Below, piece after piece: positions 11,875 to 24,300 of a stretch of DNA of 64,000 nt. The translations under genes and the position numbers were made by a program. Location: positions 310,001 to 374,000 of the forward strand of contig JAQGDQ010000109.1 in the NCBI GenBank assembly GCA_030141605.1, written 5' to 3'. This DNA comes from Tubiluchus corallicola. Taxonomy: Eukaryota; Animalia; Priapulida. Every line of letters begins with the position of its first letter. Positions within the stretch are counted from its first letter, which is position 1. Under the pieces are notes generated by a model. That model did not search any database. It saw only the letters and a program-made list of their open reading frames with translations, and had not been told where the DNA came from.

Positions 11875-12900
11875 GGCATTACTAGCATTACTGTCGACAA
11901 TAAACTCACTTGGGATGAACAGTTTCATCAAATACACAACAAGATGGCATTAAGCACGACATTCTTACGCCAAACCAGAGGCCATCTAACCAAGAAAACA
12001 AAAATTCTCATTTACAAAAGTCTAATATTACCACATTATCTACATGGTTGCACTTTACTTCAAAACGTTAAATATGAAAACTTTAGAAAACTAAATACAA
12101 TGCAAAACTACGCACTTAGATTAATTCATGGCTACTCTAACAAAACTGCTAAACAACATGCTGCTTCTGCAACAAGCTTAAGAACGTCCACAAAAATACC
12201 AATATTAGAAGCCTATCGAGATTACAAAACACTGATATTTCTTTATAAATATATAAATAAACTGAGCATTCCATTTATAAACAATCCCTTAGCATTTATT
12301 CCTGATACCACTTTAAACACTAGAACATACAATTTAAAGCAAATTACAGTAAACAATAAATTTGGAAATAACTCTATATCAAAACAGGCCATACATTTAT
12401 GGAACTTACTACCCAGTGAAATAAAACAAATAGAATCTCTCCACCACTTTAAAAAGAAATTAAAAGAATATCAATATAATAGGTTTCAACTTCCACATTG
12501 TGCATCTGATACTAATTACACAGACTCCACTTTCATCTACCCCCGCCCCTGACTTCATATAACGATTAAAAATGAAATTTTTTTTAAAAAAATTATGTAA
12601 TGTAATACGTGTTATGTTAGTTTCGTGTTTCGTAATGTTAAATGTATAAATAGTGTACACTATGTCATGTAAAATTTAATGTACTTTCGTATAATTGTTT
12701 TGTAAAAATATTTTAATATGGTGTTTGTAAATATGTTCATTTATTGTATATAGTTTTGCACTTTAGTCTTTTTTAGTATGCACTGGACGCATTTGTCTTG
12801 AACAGTGTGGTTGTTTTAACATTGCGCTGAGGCTAGCTCAATTTTGTTGTAATGAGTGAGCCGTTTTTATGACAAATAAAGAATTAATATATAATATATA
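11875..12900 (+). mobile_element. 5'-truncated CR1/L2-group LINE (ORF2 C-terminus plus 3' UTR)
   Basis: ORF 11857-12552 contains ITVDNKLTWDEQ, TKILIYKSLILPHYLHG, LNTMQNYALRLI and HLWNLLPSEIKQIESLHHFKKKLK, typical of the RT thumb and C-terminal region. AATAAA near 12875 is followed by an AT-rich tail. Confidence 0.88.
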
Positions 12901-13493
12901 AATACTTATAATATTATTAAATTAAAGTCTAGGAAGACGGGGCGTCAAACCCGGCAGCCGGTTGTCCGTCCTAATAATTCCCTGACAAAATGCCACAAAA
13001 TTATAAAAGGCAAGGACTTGTTATAGGTTAAGCTTTACTGCAGTATTGTAGAAGATACAGTTACTGTACTATACGACTACAGTATAATTGTCAGCTTTCG
13101 TACATTGCCGGTTTCTACTTACTTTTTCCAGAAATTTCTTAATGCTCACAAGCTTTGTACAAGCGAACAATCAGCGTTGACTTGCGTAACGCTTCTAGAT
13201 GAATTTGAGTAGTGTTTTGTGTTTTGGTCACCATGAATTAATATTTTTGTTTTCCTAGTTTATAGTTTCAAATTTATATCGTTAGAAGAGACTCATTTTA
13301 ATCCAGCGATTTTCAGTACGGGACAACCAGCTTTTAGGGCTGATAAAAAGGAAATTTAATTTCTTCATTTCTTTCATTCGTGTATTTATTTTCGCGTAAA
13401 ACGAAAAACTAAAATTAACTAAAATGGAAGCACTTTGTAAAGAAGGGTTTAAATTAAGCGCATACTTTTTCATTGAATATAAGGCTTCTTTAA

Positions 13494-14156
13494 AGCATAT
13501 GAAGCGACCGAATTTCCAAATTTCTCGCCGAAGCCGAAAAAACAGTGTTTTTCGCCATCTTGATTCTGAAGTGCGGATTTGTGATGGTGACGTCAGCAGT
13601 GTTTAGTTGAGTAGCCAGGAAAAAGGCCCCCTGCAGTTGCAATGTTTACGCGTGTTGTCAATAGTTAGGCCTTCTTATCAGTTGCCAGCACGGGAAATTT
13701 TCGTCTTTGTAATCTAGCCGTGTAATAAATGGGTGCAGGGCCAAGAATTGATCGGGTGAGCCAGTGAAACTTCTTCTTATTACTAACAAAGCTTGTGTTC
13801 AATGACACGAATTCACATTTTTGCAAAATAAAACCAACATTTAAACTTACTCCCTTGAAAAACTAAAAAGTAAGGTGGAACGGCTAGGACAGGTCTGTAA
13901 CTACACGTGATTGTCTTCAACGCGGTTCGTAACGTAGTTGCTCAGTTGGTTGTTGCTCAAGTCTAGCTAGAGGACGTCATGACATTGGAAAATCAAACTG
14001 ACGCGAAGTAGGCTGCTTTTACAACAAAAATCAACGAGTTTCAGTGCTTCGCCTAGTAAAATAAAGCTTTAGGCTCTATTTAACGCAAAGCGATTTTAAA
14101 CTATGCTGCAAGGGAATTAATTTAAACCCTACTTTAGAACATGCTTCCAATGGACT
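13494..14156. mobile_element. Possible second, older Kolobok-like MITE
   Basis: TTAA|AGCATATGAAGC ... GCTTCCAATGGACT|TTAA is a weak inverted match. Internal CGCCATCTTG and GTGACGTCA are present, and the length is similar to the 11225-11863 element. Confidence 0.3.
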
Positions 14157-14693
14157 TTAAAATATTCATGAAATACAAAAACGTATAACAAATAAATTAT
14201 AGCAAAATTAAAATACAGAATTAAAAGCACCCATGCTGGCAGATTGATTCTGCGTAGCACGCTATAGACGCCTAGCCACGGTGCGGTCCGTGGATCGAGA
14301 ATATTCGCATTGCGCACAGCATAGAATACATTTTCAACTTTGAGAAATTGCATTACGAATGCGTAAGGGTTTGGTTCTTATAAACATTACAGAATTTTTT
14401 TGTTTTTGCTAATAAAACCGACCCAAAAGTACCTCGAAAAGTACGGGATTTCTTTCTGCTTACTTATTAGTTTCTATTCGGACATCTTTTTGGCGCTCCT
14501 CTACCAGCAATAAATTTGATAATGGTAGCTACCTCGAAAGAGAAGGTGCGACAAGGAAGCGTAATCGAATTCGTAAGCGTAATGGGAAGCGTAATTCTAC
14601 GAAGCGTTCGTCTTACGAATGCGTAAGAGGAAGATCTTCATCAAATAATATTTTTCAAAAAATTGATGAAGTTTGACGTAGATGTAATCTTCA

Positions 14694-17600
14694 ATGTACA
14701 TTATTTCAGGCGGACCTGGAAGTCGAAAAGGTCGAATTGTTGACGAGTTGGTCAATACATTCGGATTCACTCTGCTCAGTGCTGAAGCCCTGATATTAGA
14801 AAATCTGCCAAACAAGATTGACAACATTACCTCATCTTCTAGCTTACAAAACATGAATACAACTCAAGCAATGCAACGTGTACTTAAGGTAAGTAGTCAC
14901 TAAAAAAAGTTGGATACATATATCTAAGGAAGTATAGGAAACGTTAGTATAATAAAATGGTGTTAAGCATGTATGGTACTAAATGTGCTGACTCTTAACT
15001 TGTAACTTAACACTAGAATCAGAAGTTTTGATAACTAAAGCGAGTGTCACTTTTTTGAGACTCTGCCTGCAAGCAACTAACACTGTCTTTTTTACAAACT
15101 ATTTTGCATTTTTACGAATACAGGGATATAGCTGATTGGTTACTGTGCATGTGGGCTTGTTGGCTAAGCTAAGTAACGTTAGGCTTGATTAGTTAATGTA
15201 CCTATCAGTTGTAAGAACTTTTACTTAGGAGCAGTTATTTCACTTTCTGCTAAAGCACTAAAATCTTGTTTTTTGATTTGTCTTATCAAATTTGAATAAA
15301 CAATTTCAAAAACGTGATGAAAAAAATACTGTTTAGTGCAAGTGTTATTTTTGCGAACGTTTTTTAATGAAAATCCACGAATCTTCGGTTCCGTCCTTTA
15401 TTAAACAAGCGTGAAGAAGATACGCATTACAAAACTCATTCAACATTCTCATTGTTCTCTTGTGTAGGATAACCCAGAATTATTGACATTGGAATGGGGG
15501 CTGCATCTCATTGAAAACGCTATAAAAAGTAATGGTTTTGACTCACTCTACCTAGTGGACATAATTCCAAATCTGAGATACCTTCTCACCGATAATCTAT
15601 TCGGCAAGGACTGTACCTCAGACATGGAAAACTTTGAAGACATGGTAAGATTTTATACCATTTGCTTGCATGGTCTTATAAAGCCTTATGAAGCCAGCTA
15701 AGTGTAACTAAATGTTAACTAAAAGCAATGAAGGAATGCTTTCGAATACCTTTAATTTTTTATCTAGAATGGTTTATTTGACTATAGTGTGACTATGAGA
15801 GGCCATCAGTTTAAAAATTGTTTCATTTTTTCTCGTACGAATGGTGCCAAAATTACGAAAATCATAAAATGAGATTGAGATGATGAGCATACTGAGATTA
15901 AAATTTTAGCCCACCAAAACAAGTTTTTTCCCTGATGTAGTGCTAAACATCAGCATTTTTGGATGGAAATCGTGAAAAAACGATCAACTTAGTAGTGAGT
16001 TCTCACGAACTTCGGGTATGCCAATATATGGAGGATGCTATTCAGGAACATGTATTTCACAACTCAGTATTCCTTATATAGGTATATATAACTACATGTA
16101 CATATAAAATTTTGTGGGTAGAATTATATGTACATAAAAAATATTTTTAATAGTAAAAAAGAAACGGTTCCTCGTAAAAATCAAACTATTTTTAATTAAT
16201 TACTGCTTAAGCTTCGTCTCGTGATACTGTAAATTACATTTTTCTCTCTGTTTTGATAATTTGCAGAAAATTGCTAAGATTGCTTGGTATTTACCCATGA
16301 TTATGATTATGATTATGCGTTTGATTACATAAATAAAATCAGACAAGAAGCTTATCATTGCAACACTTTGTATTATAAATACATATTATAACTACTACCT
16401 CAAATGCCTTATCAAAACCTCTGCCTAAATGACAAACTTCTAAGCTGAGCAAATGTACAACGATGATATTGATAAAGGAACTTTAGGTATTCCATGAATT
16501 CGGAAAAACGTTGTTCTATATATACTTTTTTCAATATTCCATGTCTAGCTTCCTTTCATATATAATCGGCAAGTACGTATAATTTACAGTTCATTAACAT
16601 TAAAAATGGACAAATGCATTTTGCATACATAAAATCTTAACACAGAAACAGTACATACACAATAGGCTATTATGGATAAAACTAAAATCATTGTGTGCGT
16701 GTGTGTGTGTGTGGGGTGTGTGTGTGTGTGTGTGCGTGCGTGCGTGTGTGTGTGTGTGCGTATGGGGTTTGGGTTGGGGGTGTGGTGGGTGGCGGCGTCT
16801 TGGGGGAATACATGTATATAAAAATCACTTTTATATACATGTATATAAAAGAAATCAGCCATAATTAATTCCATAAGTCCATATTAAATTGCTAATTAAT
16901 TAAAAAGGTTTCTTTATAAAAAAGTTTTGTGAAATAATTTTAACTTTTGAACATTATTGATTTTACGTGCATGAATTGGTATATCATTCCATAATTTTGG
17001 TGCTGCTATTTTGTATTTTATTATTCTGAAAGAAATGGACAATCAGTGCAATTGCATGAGAACAGGAGTTATGTGATCATATTTACGAGTGCCTGTAATA
17101 GTCCGAGCCTCTAATTATCCGTATAGAGGACTCAGCTATGTCAAACTGGGACGCTGAAACAACTATTCGGCCTTGAGACGTTTTTATGTAGTTTGGAACT
17201 TAGCGAGCTCATATCCAGTATAATGTACATGTAGCTAATGAGCCTCTAAGATGAGCCATTACTCTGGCAAAAATCTTTTAACCAAATTCGGGTGCACGTA
17301 TAGATCCTCTCCCAATAAGTTAGTCGCATTAAAAGCTAAACTCTCAGCCATAGAAAGTATTTAAAATAGGAACAAATGGCGAGTTTGTCATCCATAATTT
17401 TATCCATTTATGGAGACCTTTTAGAAATCTTTATTTTTTATATGTCTTTGGTTTATATGTTTTTTGACACGGAACCTATAATAATGCACTATTTTTATTT
17501 TATAATTTCAGTTTCCATGTCTATTTGCTGTGAATATTACTTGCCCAGAGATCAAACGTTCTAAGAAAGACTCGCAGCCTAGTGAGGCTTTCAACGAATA

Positions 17601-19985
17601 TCAGGGAAGTGAAGGTCAATCAGATGAGATGGACCTAACGCGAACACAGGTAAGACTTTTCTGGGGACTTCTGAAAGTAGCCATTCTACTATTATGGTAG
17701 CAGTAATAGCCCGTTGTTGTTGTTGTTACTGTTGCTGCTGCTGCTGTTGTTGTTGTTGTTGTTGCTACGACCATTGTTGCGCCTGTTATTTACGTTTCTC
17801 TGTGGCCCTGATACATTTAATATTTCGATTAATCTAATCGATTAATTGTTGATTAATTTTATTATATCTTTCCCAGACATCAGTAAACTATATTGAACAG
17901 TTTTATTTGATTATTGCACGATCTTATTTTTATCTTCAGAAAAGACGAGCAAGGTATGAACTGTGTGTTCAATACTTCCTTGAATATTTTATCGATTCCG
18001 GCCGAATGGTGACCATTGATGGGTCGTCAGATTGTACGGATCTTATCTGGCAAAGACTGTACGAATTTCTTGACGATCTTCACACGTTCACGCCAAGCAA
18101 AACCGTCGATACTGTGATAGTGTTTTGCTTCAGTAAGTTAAGAACATTTCCTCGTATCATAATCATAATTATTACCACAAAATGTAAAAAATATATCTTT
18201 CTCTCTTTCTTTCTCTCTCCGCCCCCCCTCTCTGTTTCTCCAATAAAATTTGTACTTTTATTATAAAACCATAGTAAAAAATTATTTAGCAGCATAATGA
18301 CCATTTGCAACTTAAACTAGGCTATAATTTTGACAGTTGCATTTTTAGTAGAGTAATTTAGCATGTTATTTTAATGGTATTTAGGGATTAATTCCATGTT
18401 TATTGTAGGTTTTGACGAGATATCAGGCCTTGATGTTCAGCGATATGGTTTAGCTAGAATAAACATGAAGTCAGCAGTGGGAGAACCAGTAGAAACGTTT
18501 GTATGTTCATTATATCAATATGATTGGATAGGTGCGGGTTCAGGTTTTAATAGCAGTTTCAACAATTACCCATTCGATCCTAGGGAATAATCAAAAAAAT
18601 TTTTGCAAAGAAAATTGCACTTACTTGGGTGACCAATAACTGTAGCCTCAAAATAATCAAAAGAATAACTTTCTTACTGCGTTTAAGTCACTGTCAATTC
18701 AGTAAATGTCAGTAGTATAGCCCTTGGAAACCGTACTTCGCCGATTGTTAGGATTAGGTATATAGCATATTACCGTGATCGCCAGACCTTTAACGTTGAC
18801 TACTTTCCTTTCTATGTCTTCCATGTTACTTTGTCATTTGTTTTAAATGTCTCCTAGGAAGATGCTCTGGAGTGGCTATGTCGAGAGATAGACAAGAAAC
18901 CAGCCAGTGCCAAGTATTATCTTGTGGAAGCTGAAGGAAGCCCTTTATTACAGCAATACATTCCCAACGGAAATCAGAATGGTGCTATCAAAGTATGAAA
19001 TAAGTAGTAATAATTATAAAGCTTTTTATTGTTGACCTATATGATCAGGCATCTTGCAGCTAGCGTTCTTCGATTTGTACTTTAAAAATATATTCAGGCT
19101 CATCAACGTAATAATTGCAATACAATATGTAATTTATTGTTAAATTTAAGCAGATTGAGCTTGGAAATTTAATATCATACAACTTCTAAAAATGTCCTGT
19201 GTATGGTTTGCATAGGCTTATTAACCAAAAAAGATAAGCCCAACAAGCGTTTGGCCCATGCGATTGTCTTTTTTAATTCTTCAAGTTCCGCAAATGGAAA
19301 CCGTGGAGCCCCCGAAGAGCCGCATCGAGAAAAATTACTAATTCGTGCACGAATTAGTAATTTTTCTCAACGTGCCCATTCGGGGTCTCTATAGGAGAAG
19401 ACATCACAAAAGAAAAACTTTGCTGAAAGTACAAAAAATCGAGACAGTTGGGCAGCGGAGATTTCCGGATGTTAACTCCACTCTTTTACACTCACAGGTG
19501 CTTTTGCTATGTGGGCCCTGTTTTAATGCATTTTAAGGTTTGCCAGTTCATGTCTCACGGTATAAGAATGGTTCAATTATGAGTACCTAAAGTGATATGG
19601 CGAACCAGTTTCACGATGAAGTCAAAACATCCTTGATACAGTTAAAACATGTGCTTCCCGGTCCAATTAGCGATAATGACATTTCATTTCCGTGTAGCTA
19701 ACACAAGTGTATGCCCATCATTTTCAGGTAGACTCATCAAATTGCTTCAAAGAGCTGCAATTCATGGAGATCGAGGAGGTGCGTCTAGATAAGTTCATCA
19801 GCGTCGCCCCACGTCAAAAACTCCGCAAGAATGTCAACCGCAAAACCAGCTTATTCCAGAAGAAATTCAAGGCAGTCTCGTCACTAGAAAGTGAAATTTA
19901 CTTGTTTCCATTGAACACAGACATTGAACTGTGCAAACTGATAGTTGGCAAAATGGACGAACACAGAAAAACTAAGGCGTTGTGA
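14694..19985 (+). CDS. Adenylate-kinase-fold (AK5-like) protein with degenerate catalytic motifs; about 395 aa from 7 exons, 5' end uncertain
   Basis: Frame-consistent GT-AG exons: 14694(or 14711)-14888, 15468-15644, 17512-17649, 17940-18132, 18409-18500, 18858-18992, 19728-19985 (TGA). Motifs include the P-loop-like GGPGSRKG, FGFTLLSAEALI, YLVD and LEYFIDSGRMVTIDG. Confidence 0.8.
16692..16760. repeat. (GT)n/(GCGT)n microsatellite
   Basis: Read directly. Confidence 0.93.
17712..17766. repeat. (GTT)n/(GCT)n trinucleotide repeat
   Basis: Read directly; intronic. Confidence 0.9.
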
Positions 19986-21363
19986 TAAAAGCGTGAATTA
20001 AACGACGTTAATTTTGTAGTTTGATATTCTAACTTGCTGGACGTTATGCATAATTGTGGGGACCTCTATCACGGTGGACTTGGTGGAATAAACCCGTATA
20101 ATTATGATTGTTGCCTACAATAATCCCTATGCCCTTAGCTATTGACGGTTGTGCCTCTGATTATAATAATTGTACAGACGTACCTTCATTGCATAATAAT
20201 TTAAACGTAAAATACAAAATGTTCTCTGAGAAGGCGCAAATCTTACTTTTTCTTTATGTCATTATACATTATTATGCAGCTAGAATTATTCGACAGCTTT
20301 ACGACCAAAACCTGATTTTTCAGATTTAATTTTGTTGCAGTATTTCTAAGATTTTAGCAGGTTTTTAGAATTCAGGCACTCTGTAAATTAAGCATTATAC
20401 ACAAACTCCTGGGCTTCTCCTATCACTAATGAATGGCGTTTTAAATTTTAAGGCTTTACTCCGTAACCGTCTAGCAAATTCAGAACGGCTGACTTCATGA
20501 TCTCTGCCTTCTCATTATACACTTAATACAGTGATTTCGGGCACCCAAACATTATATTGACTGCCTCTGGGCATTATCAATGTTGCTATAAAATAAAAAA
20601 TGAAAAGAGAGACAAAATTAAGGCTATAATACCTGTCATGAATTCTCAGACTTCCTTCAAGCTTTCCGAAGGCAAAATCAATAAACAATGATAAAGTAGG
20701 TATTAATATTACAAAATATGAAACTTCGCCAAAGTGTTACTAATAACACGATTTATTGTACAAAATTTAATGTTAAGAAATTGAACAGACACACTTTATT
20801 ATACAAACTGTTCCCACGGCTAAAGTTATTATTGCCCCTGCAATGCATGTTTACACAAACAGTGAACAATAGTGCCACTTACCAAGGGCACTTGTGGTTC
20901 TATACATGACTGTTAATAAGCACACAAACTTTATAAAATACCGTTCTATAGAATAATTATGATTACCGGTTTTCCTAAAACTGTTGCAAAGTTAACAAGA
21001 GTTTTTACACAGCTACTTCTGCGTACAAGAGAAGTCCTGATTAACATTATGCTCTAAAATTAGTAATTCATATTACATTATAAAAGTAAACAACAAAACA
21101 CATTATAATGATAAAACTTTCTAAATCACTGCTATCCATAAATTTTGATTATTGTCATTTGTGACACACTGAAGTCTTGTTTACTTATAAAAATATAATG
21201 TAAGATCATTCGATAAATACATTTGGACTTTATAAGCACGCTGAAAATTTACATTCGTGGAAGCATGATTTTTCAGTGAAGCTAATATACAGTAAATTGG
21301 ACAACTTTTCTCCAGCAAATTCAATGGTAAACGTCACTTAAAACTTAACACTGTTATATATCA

Positions 21364-24300
21364 CTAACACCAAGTTTTTTGTGGGGAGGTCCTCCGTGGC
21401 TCTTTTGGTGGACTTCTTGTTGCTAACCTTTCATAAAAAGCAGCAGTGGCTGGATTATTATTTGATCTCGTCTTGGCTGTAAAGCCAGAAATTGTCCGCC
21501 TTTCTGGAGCTCCTCGCCTCAAAGGTGAAATATCACTTTTTTCTGTTTCTTCTGTTTTTGCTTCATTCACTTTCACTGCCGATTTTACTTTTGTGACAAG
21601 AGAATTGGCTCGATTTCTAGTTGATGGAGTTGTTGGTTTTCTCAACTTGTTTGCAGATTGATCTGTTGATTTCTTTATCACAGCAATCTTGGGTGCATCG
21701 GTTGTTCTTAATGAACGACTATCACCTTTGAATGAACCACGAGCTGTAGAGCCATCTAGTGAATGTCTGACAAATGAATTGCTCTCTAATTGTGGAGTGC
21801 TTGGGGTTGCTGATTTTCGTGAAGACAGTGTTACTGGATTAGGGGTGGTGCTACTGCGCTGTCTGTTTGCCATTCTGCTGGGTGTTATCACAGGAGATTC
21901 AGGAGCAGTACCGGGAGCAGATCGATTCTGTAGTGCTGAACTTGATTTGACAGTTTTCTTGCGGGTGTTTGTTCTCAAAACAGGTGTATCACTCTTCACA
22001 AATGCACTTACTGCACCACTACTGGCTATGCTGGAAGATGATCCATGTTCCTGGTTCTTTTTATCAGTCGAGTCATGTGCCTTTGATTTTGATTCTATTC
22101 CACTAACAAATCTGCTTGTACCAGATTTTTTTGTTGTAGTTTTCATATTCGTGCGCTGCTGTGATTTGTTATCTACAGCAGGTGTTTGCCTACTTTTGCT
22201 AGTTAAATTTGAACTTCTTGATCTGGGCCTATCAGATTCCGGAGTAGACACTCTGTTTGTTGAAATTACTTTATTTTGTTCAGAATCAGAAGCTGCAGCC
22301 TTTTTCTTTCTTGAGGGTTTTACTGGAGTGGTTATTTGAGAACTCTGAGACTGTGTATAGTGCCGAGAAGTTGCTGATGAAGATTTTGTAGATAACACTT
22401 CTTTGCCTGATGACATTGGGCTCTTTGATTTTGCTGGTTTTGTGGAAGACACATACGTAGGTGGTGAGATTGCTGTACCTTCAGTCACTTTCTGTGGCAG
22501 ATCTGTATCTTCTAGAGAAGGAGATATATAAGATAGTGAACTATCTAAAATCTCATTAGCCAGCACACTGGGATCCTTTAAACTATATGTATGTTCTGTT
22601 ATTGCATTCTGTATTGAATCTGGTGGTTTTGGGGATTCTGAAAGTTCTGACCCTACTGAGTAGTTAGATGTGCCTTGTGAAGTGCCATCACTTATTAGTG
22701 TCTCAGTATCAAATCCTTCATCTTTGTCACTGTCATAAGCATTTAGCTTACTGGTGGTTACAGTGGTGGTAACAAGGTTCTCAACATCATCCGGATTTTC
22801 TTTTGTGTAAGAAATGTGGGTGACATCATGAGAAACATTTTGTTCCTCAGTTTTACCATCGTGACTATGGTATGCACGATAAAATGGATAATGTGGTATG
22901 TCTCTTTCTGGACTATTCTTCAAAAGTAATTGATTAGTCTTATTTTTATACATTTCACTCTTAGGTGGGCTGTCCTCATTGAAGTAATCTGGAAGCTGTG
23001 GCTTCCACTTAGACTTCCACGAATATTTATGCTCATGCTTTTCTGGTTGAATGCTAGGTGTTTCTTCTTCAACATTCTGTTCCTTATCTCTATCATCAGT
23101 GGAAGATTTATTAAAATGAAAAGAATGAAAGGTGCGTCTGTATCTTGATCGAGGAATAATGTACACACCCCATTCAGTCTCTGTACTGTTGGGATCAGGC
23201 ATTCCTACTTTAACAGGTGATAAATCTGAGTTAAGCACTCCACGTTTGTGACTATTGTTTAAATTATTGTTCTTTTCTGCAATATTTGTACACTTATCTT
23301 TAGTTTTTTGCAAACTGCTTTGAGACATTGCATCAAAATCATTGTTTTGAAAATTGTTGATATTTTTTATAACACTCGAGTTAGTTTGTAAATAATCAGC
23401 AATAACACTTGGTTCTATGTTTTTGTTGTAGTCAGTTTTAGCACTAAGATCATTAAGTTCATCAGCTGGCTTTTCAATATCATAATCAGGTGGGGGAGAT
23501 GGTGGCTTTTCGGGTACAGCACTCATTTGAACCAATTCTGCACTTTCATCTCTAATAGGTGATCTGTCTTCTTTTATTGTCATTAACGCTCCACTAAAAC
23601 CGATATTTCGATGTCTTTGCATTACCGGCTGTTGCCTCAGAGTACCATTATCCATTTGATCATTTACAGGTGAGCCAACATTCAGTGCAAGAGATGTAGG
23701 CCGTACATATGAGTCACTTGGTTTAACATCAACGCTGACAGATTCTTTGACATAGGACTTAATATCAAGGCGTGGTGAAGTTTCTGCTGCCAATTCTGCT
23801 TTCTTCTGTTCCCATTCAGCTTTTCTGTGCTGATGACGTCGGATCGCTTCCTCTACTTCATCTTCTGCTTTTACACTTTCAGTGTTTTCATCTTGGTCAG
23901 GCGACTTATCTGGAGATTTGTTAGAAACTTTAAGCAACTTCGTTAAACTAAAGCGCTTTTTAGGTTTTTCAGCAGCAGATGAATCTGGTTGCAGTCCATC
24001 TGCACTCTTTGTATCAAAAACTGACACTCTTTCCCGCAAACTTTTTGCACGACGGAAAGGTGTGTCCATGATGTCTCCTTTTGGGTCTTGTTTCGGTGAT
24101 GAATCTTTTACAATTGTTTCAAACTTATTCATATTTGCTAGCATTCTTTCAGACAAAGGCCTACCAGTAGGAGAGGAAAAACTATTTGATTCTGACTCCT
24201 TGATGGTGACATTATTAATCGGAAAATCTGTGTTTGACTGACTAGAAGCTGAAGTATCTACAACATCCACAGATGAAGCACGTTCCCTCTGCATATCAAA

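Noticed and set aside
11857-12552. Host gene or retron-like RT system
   Set aside because: It is only the C-terminal part of a LINE ORF2, lacking the catalytic YxDD region.
13729-13755. First coding exon of the AK-like gene (MGAGPRIDR|gtgag)
   Set aside because: It ends in phase 0 while the next exon needs phase 1, and it lies inside a possible MITE.
21446-22339. Plus-strand ORFs overlapping the formin (similar ones overlap the vWA and GPCR exons)
   Set aside because: They are antisense shadows of real coding exons.
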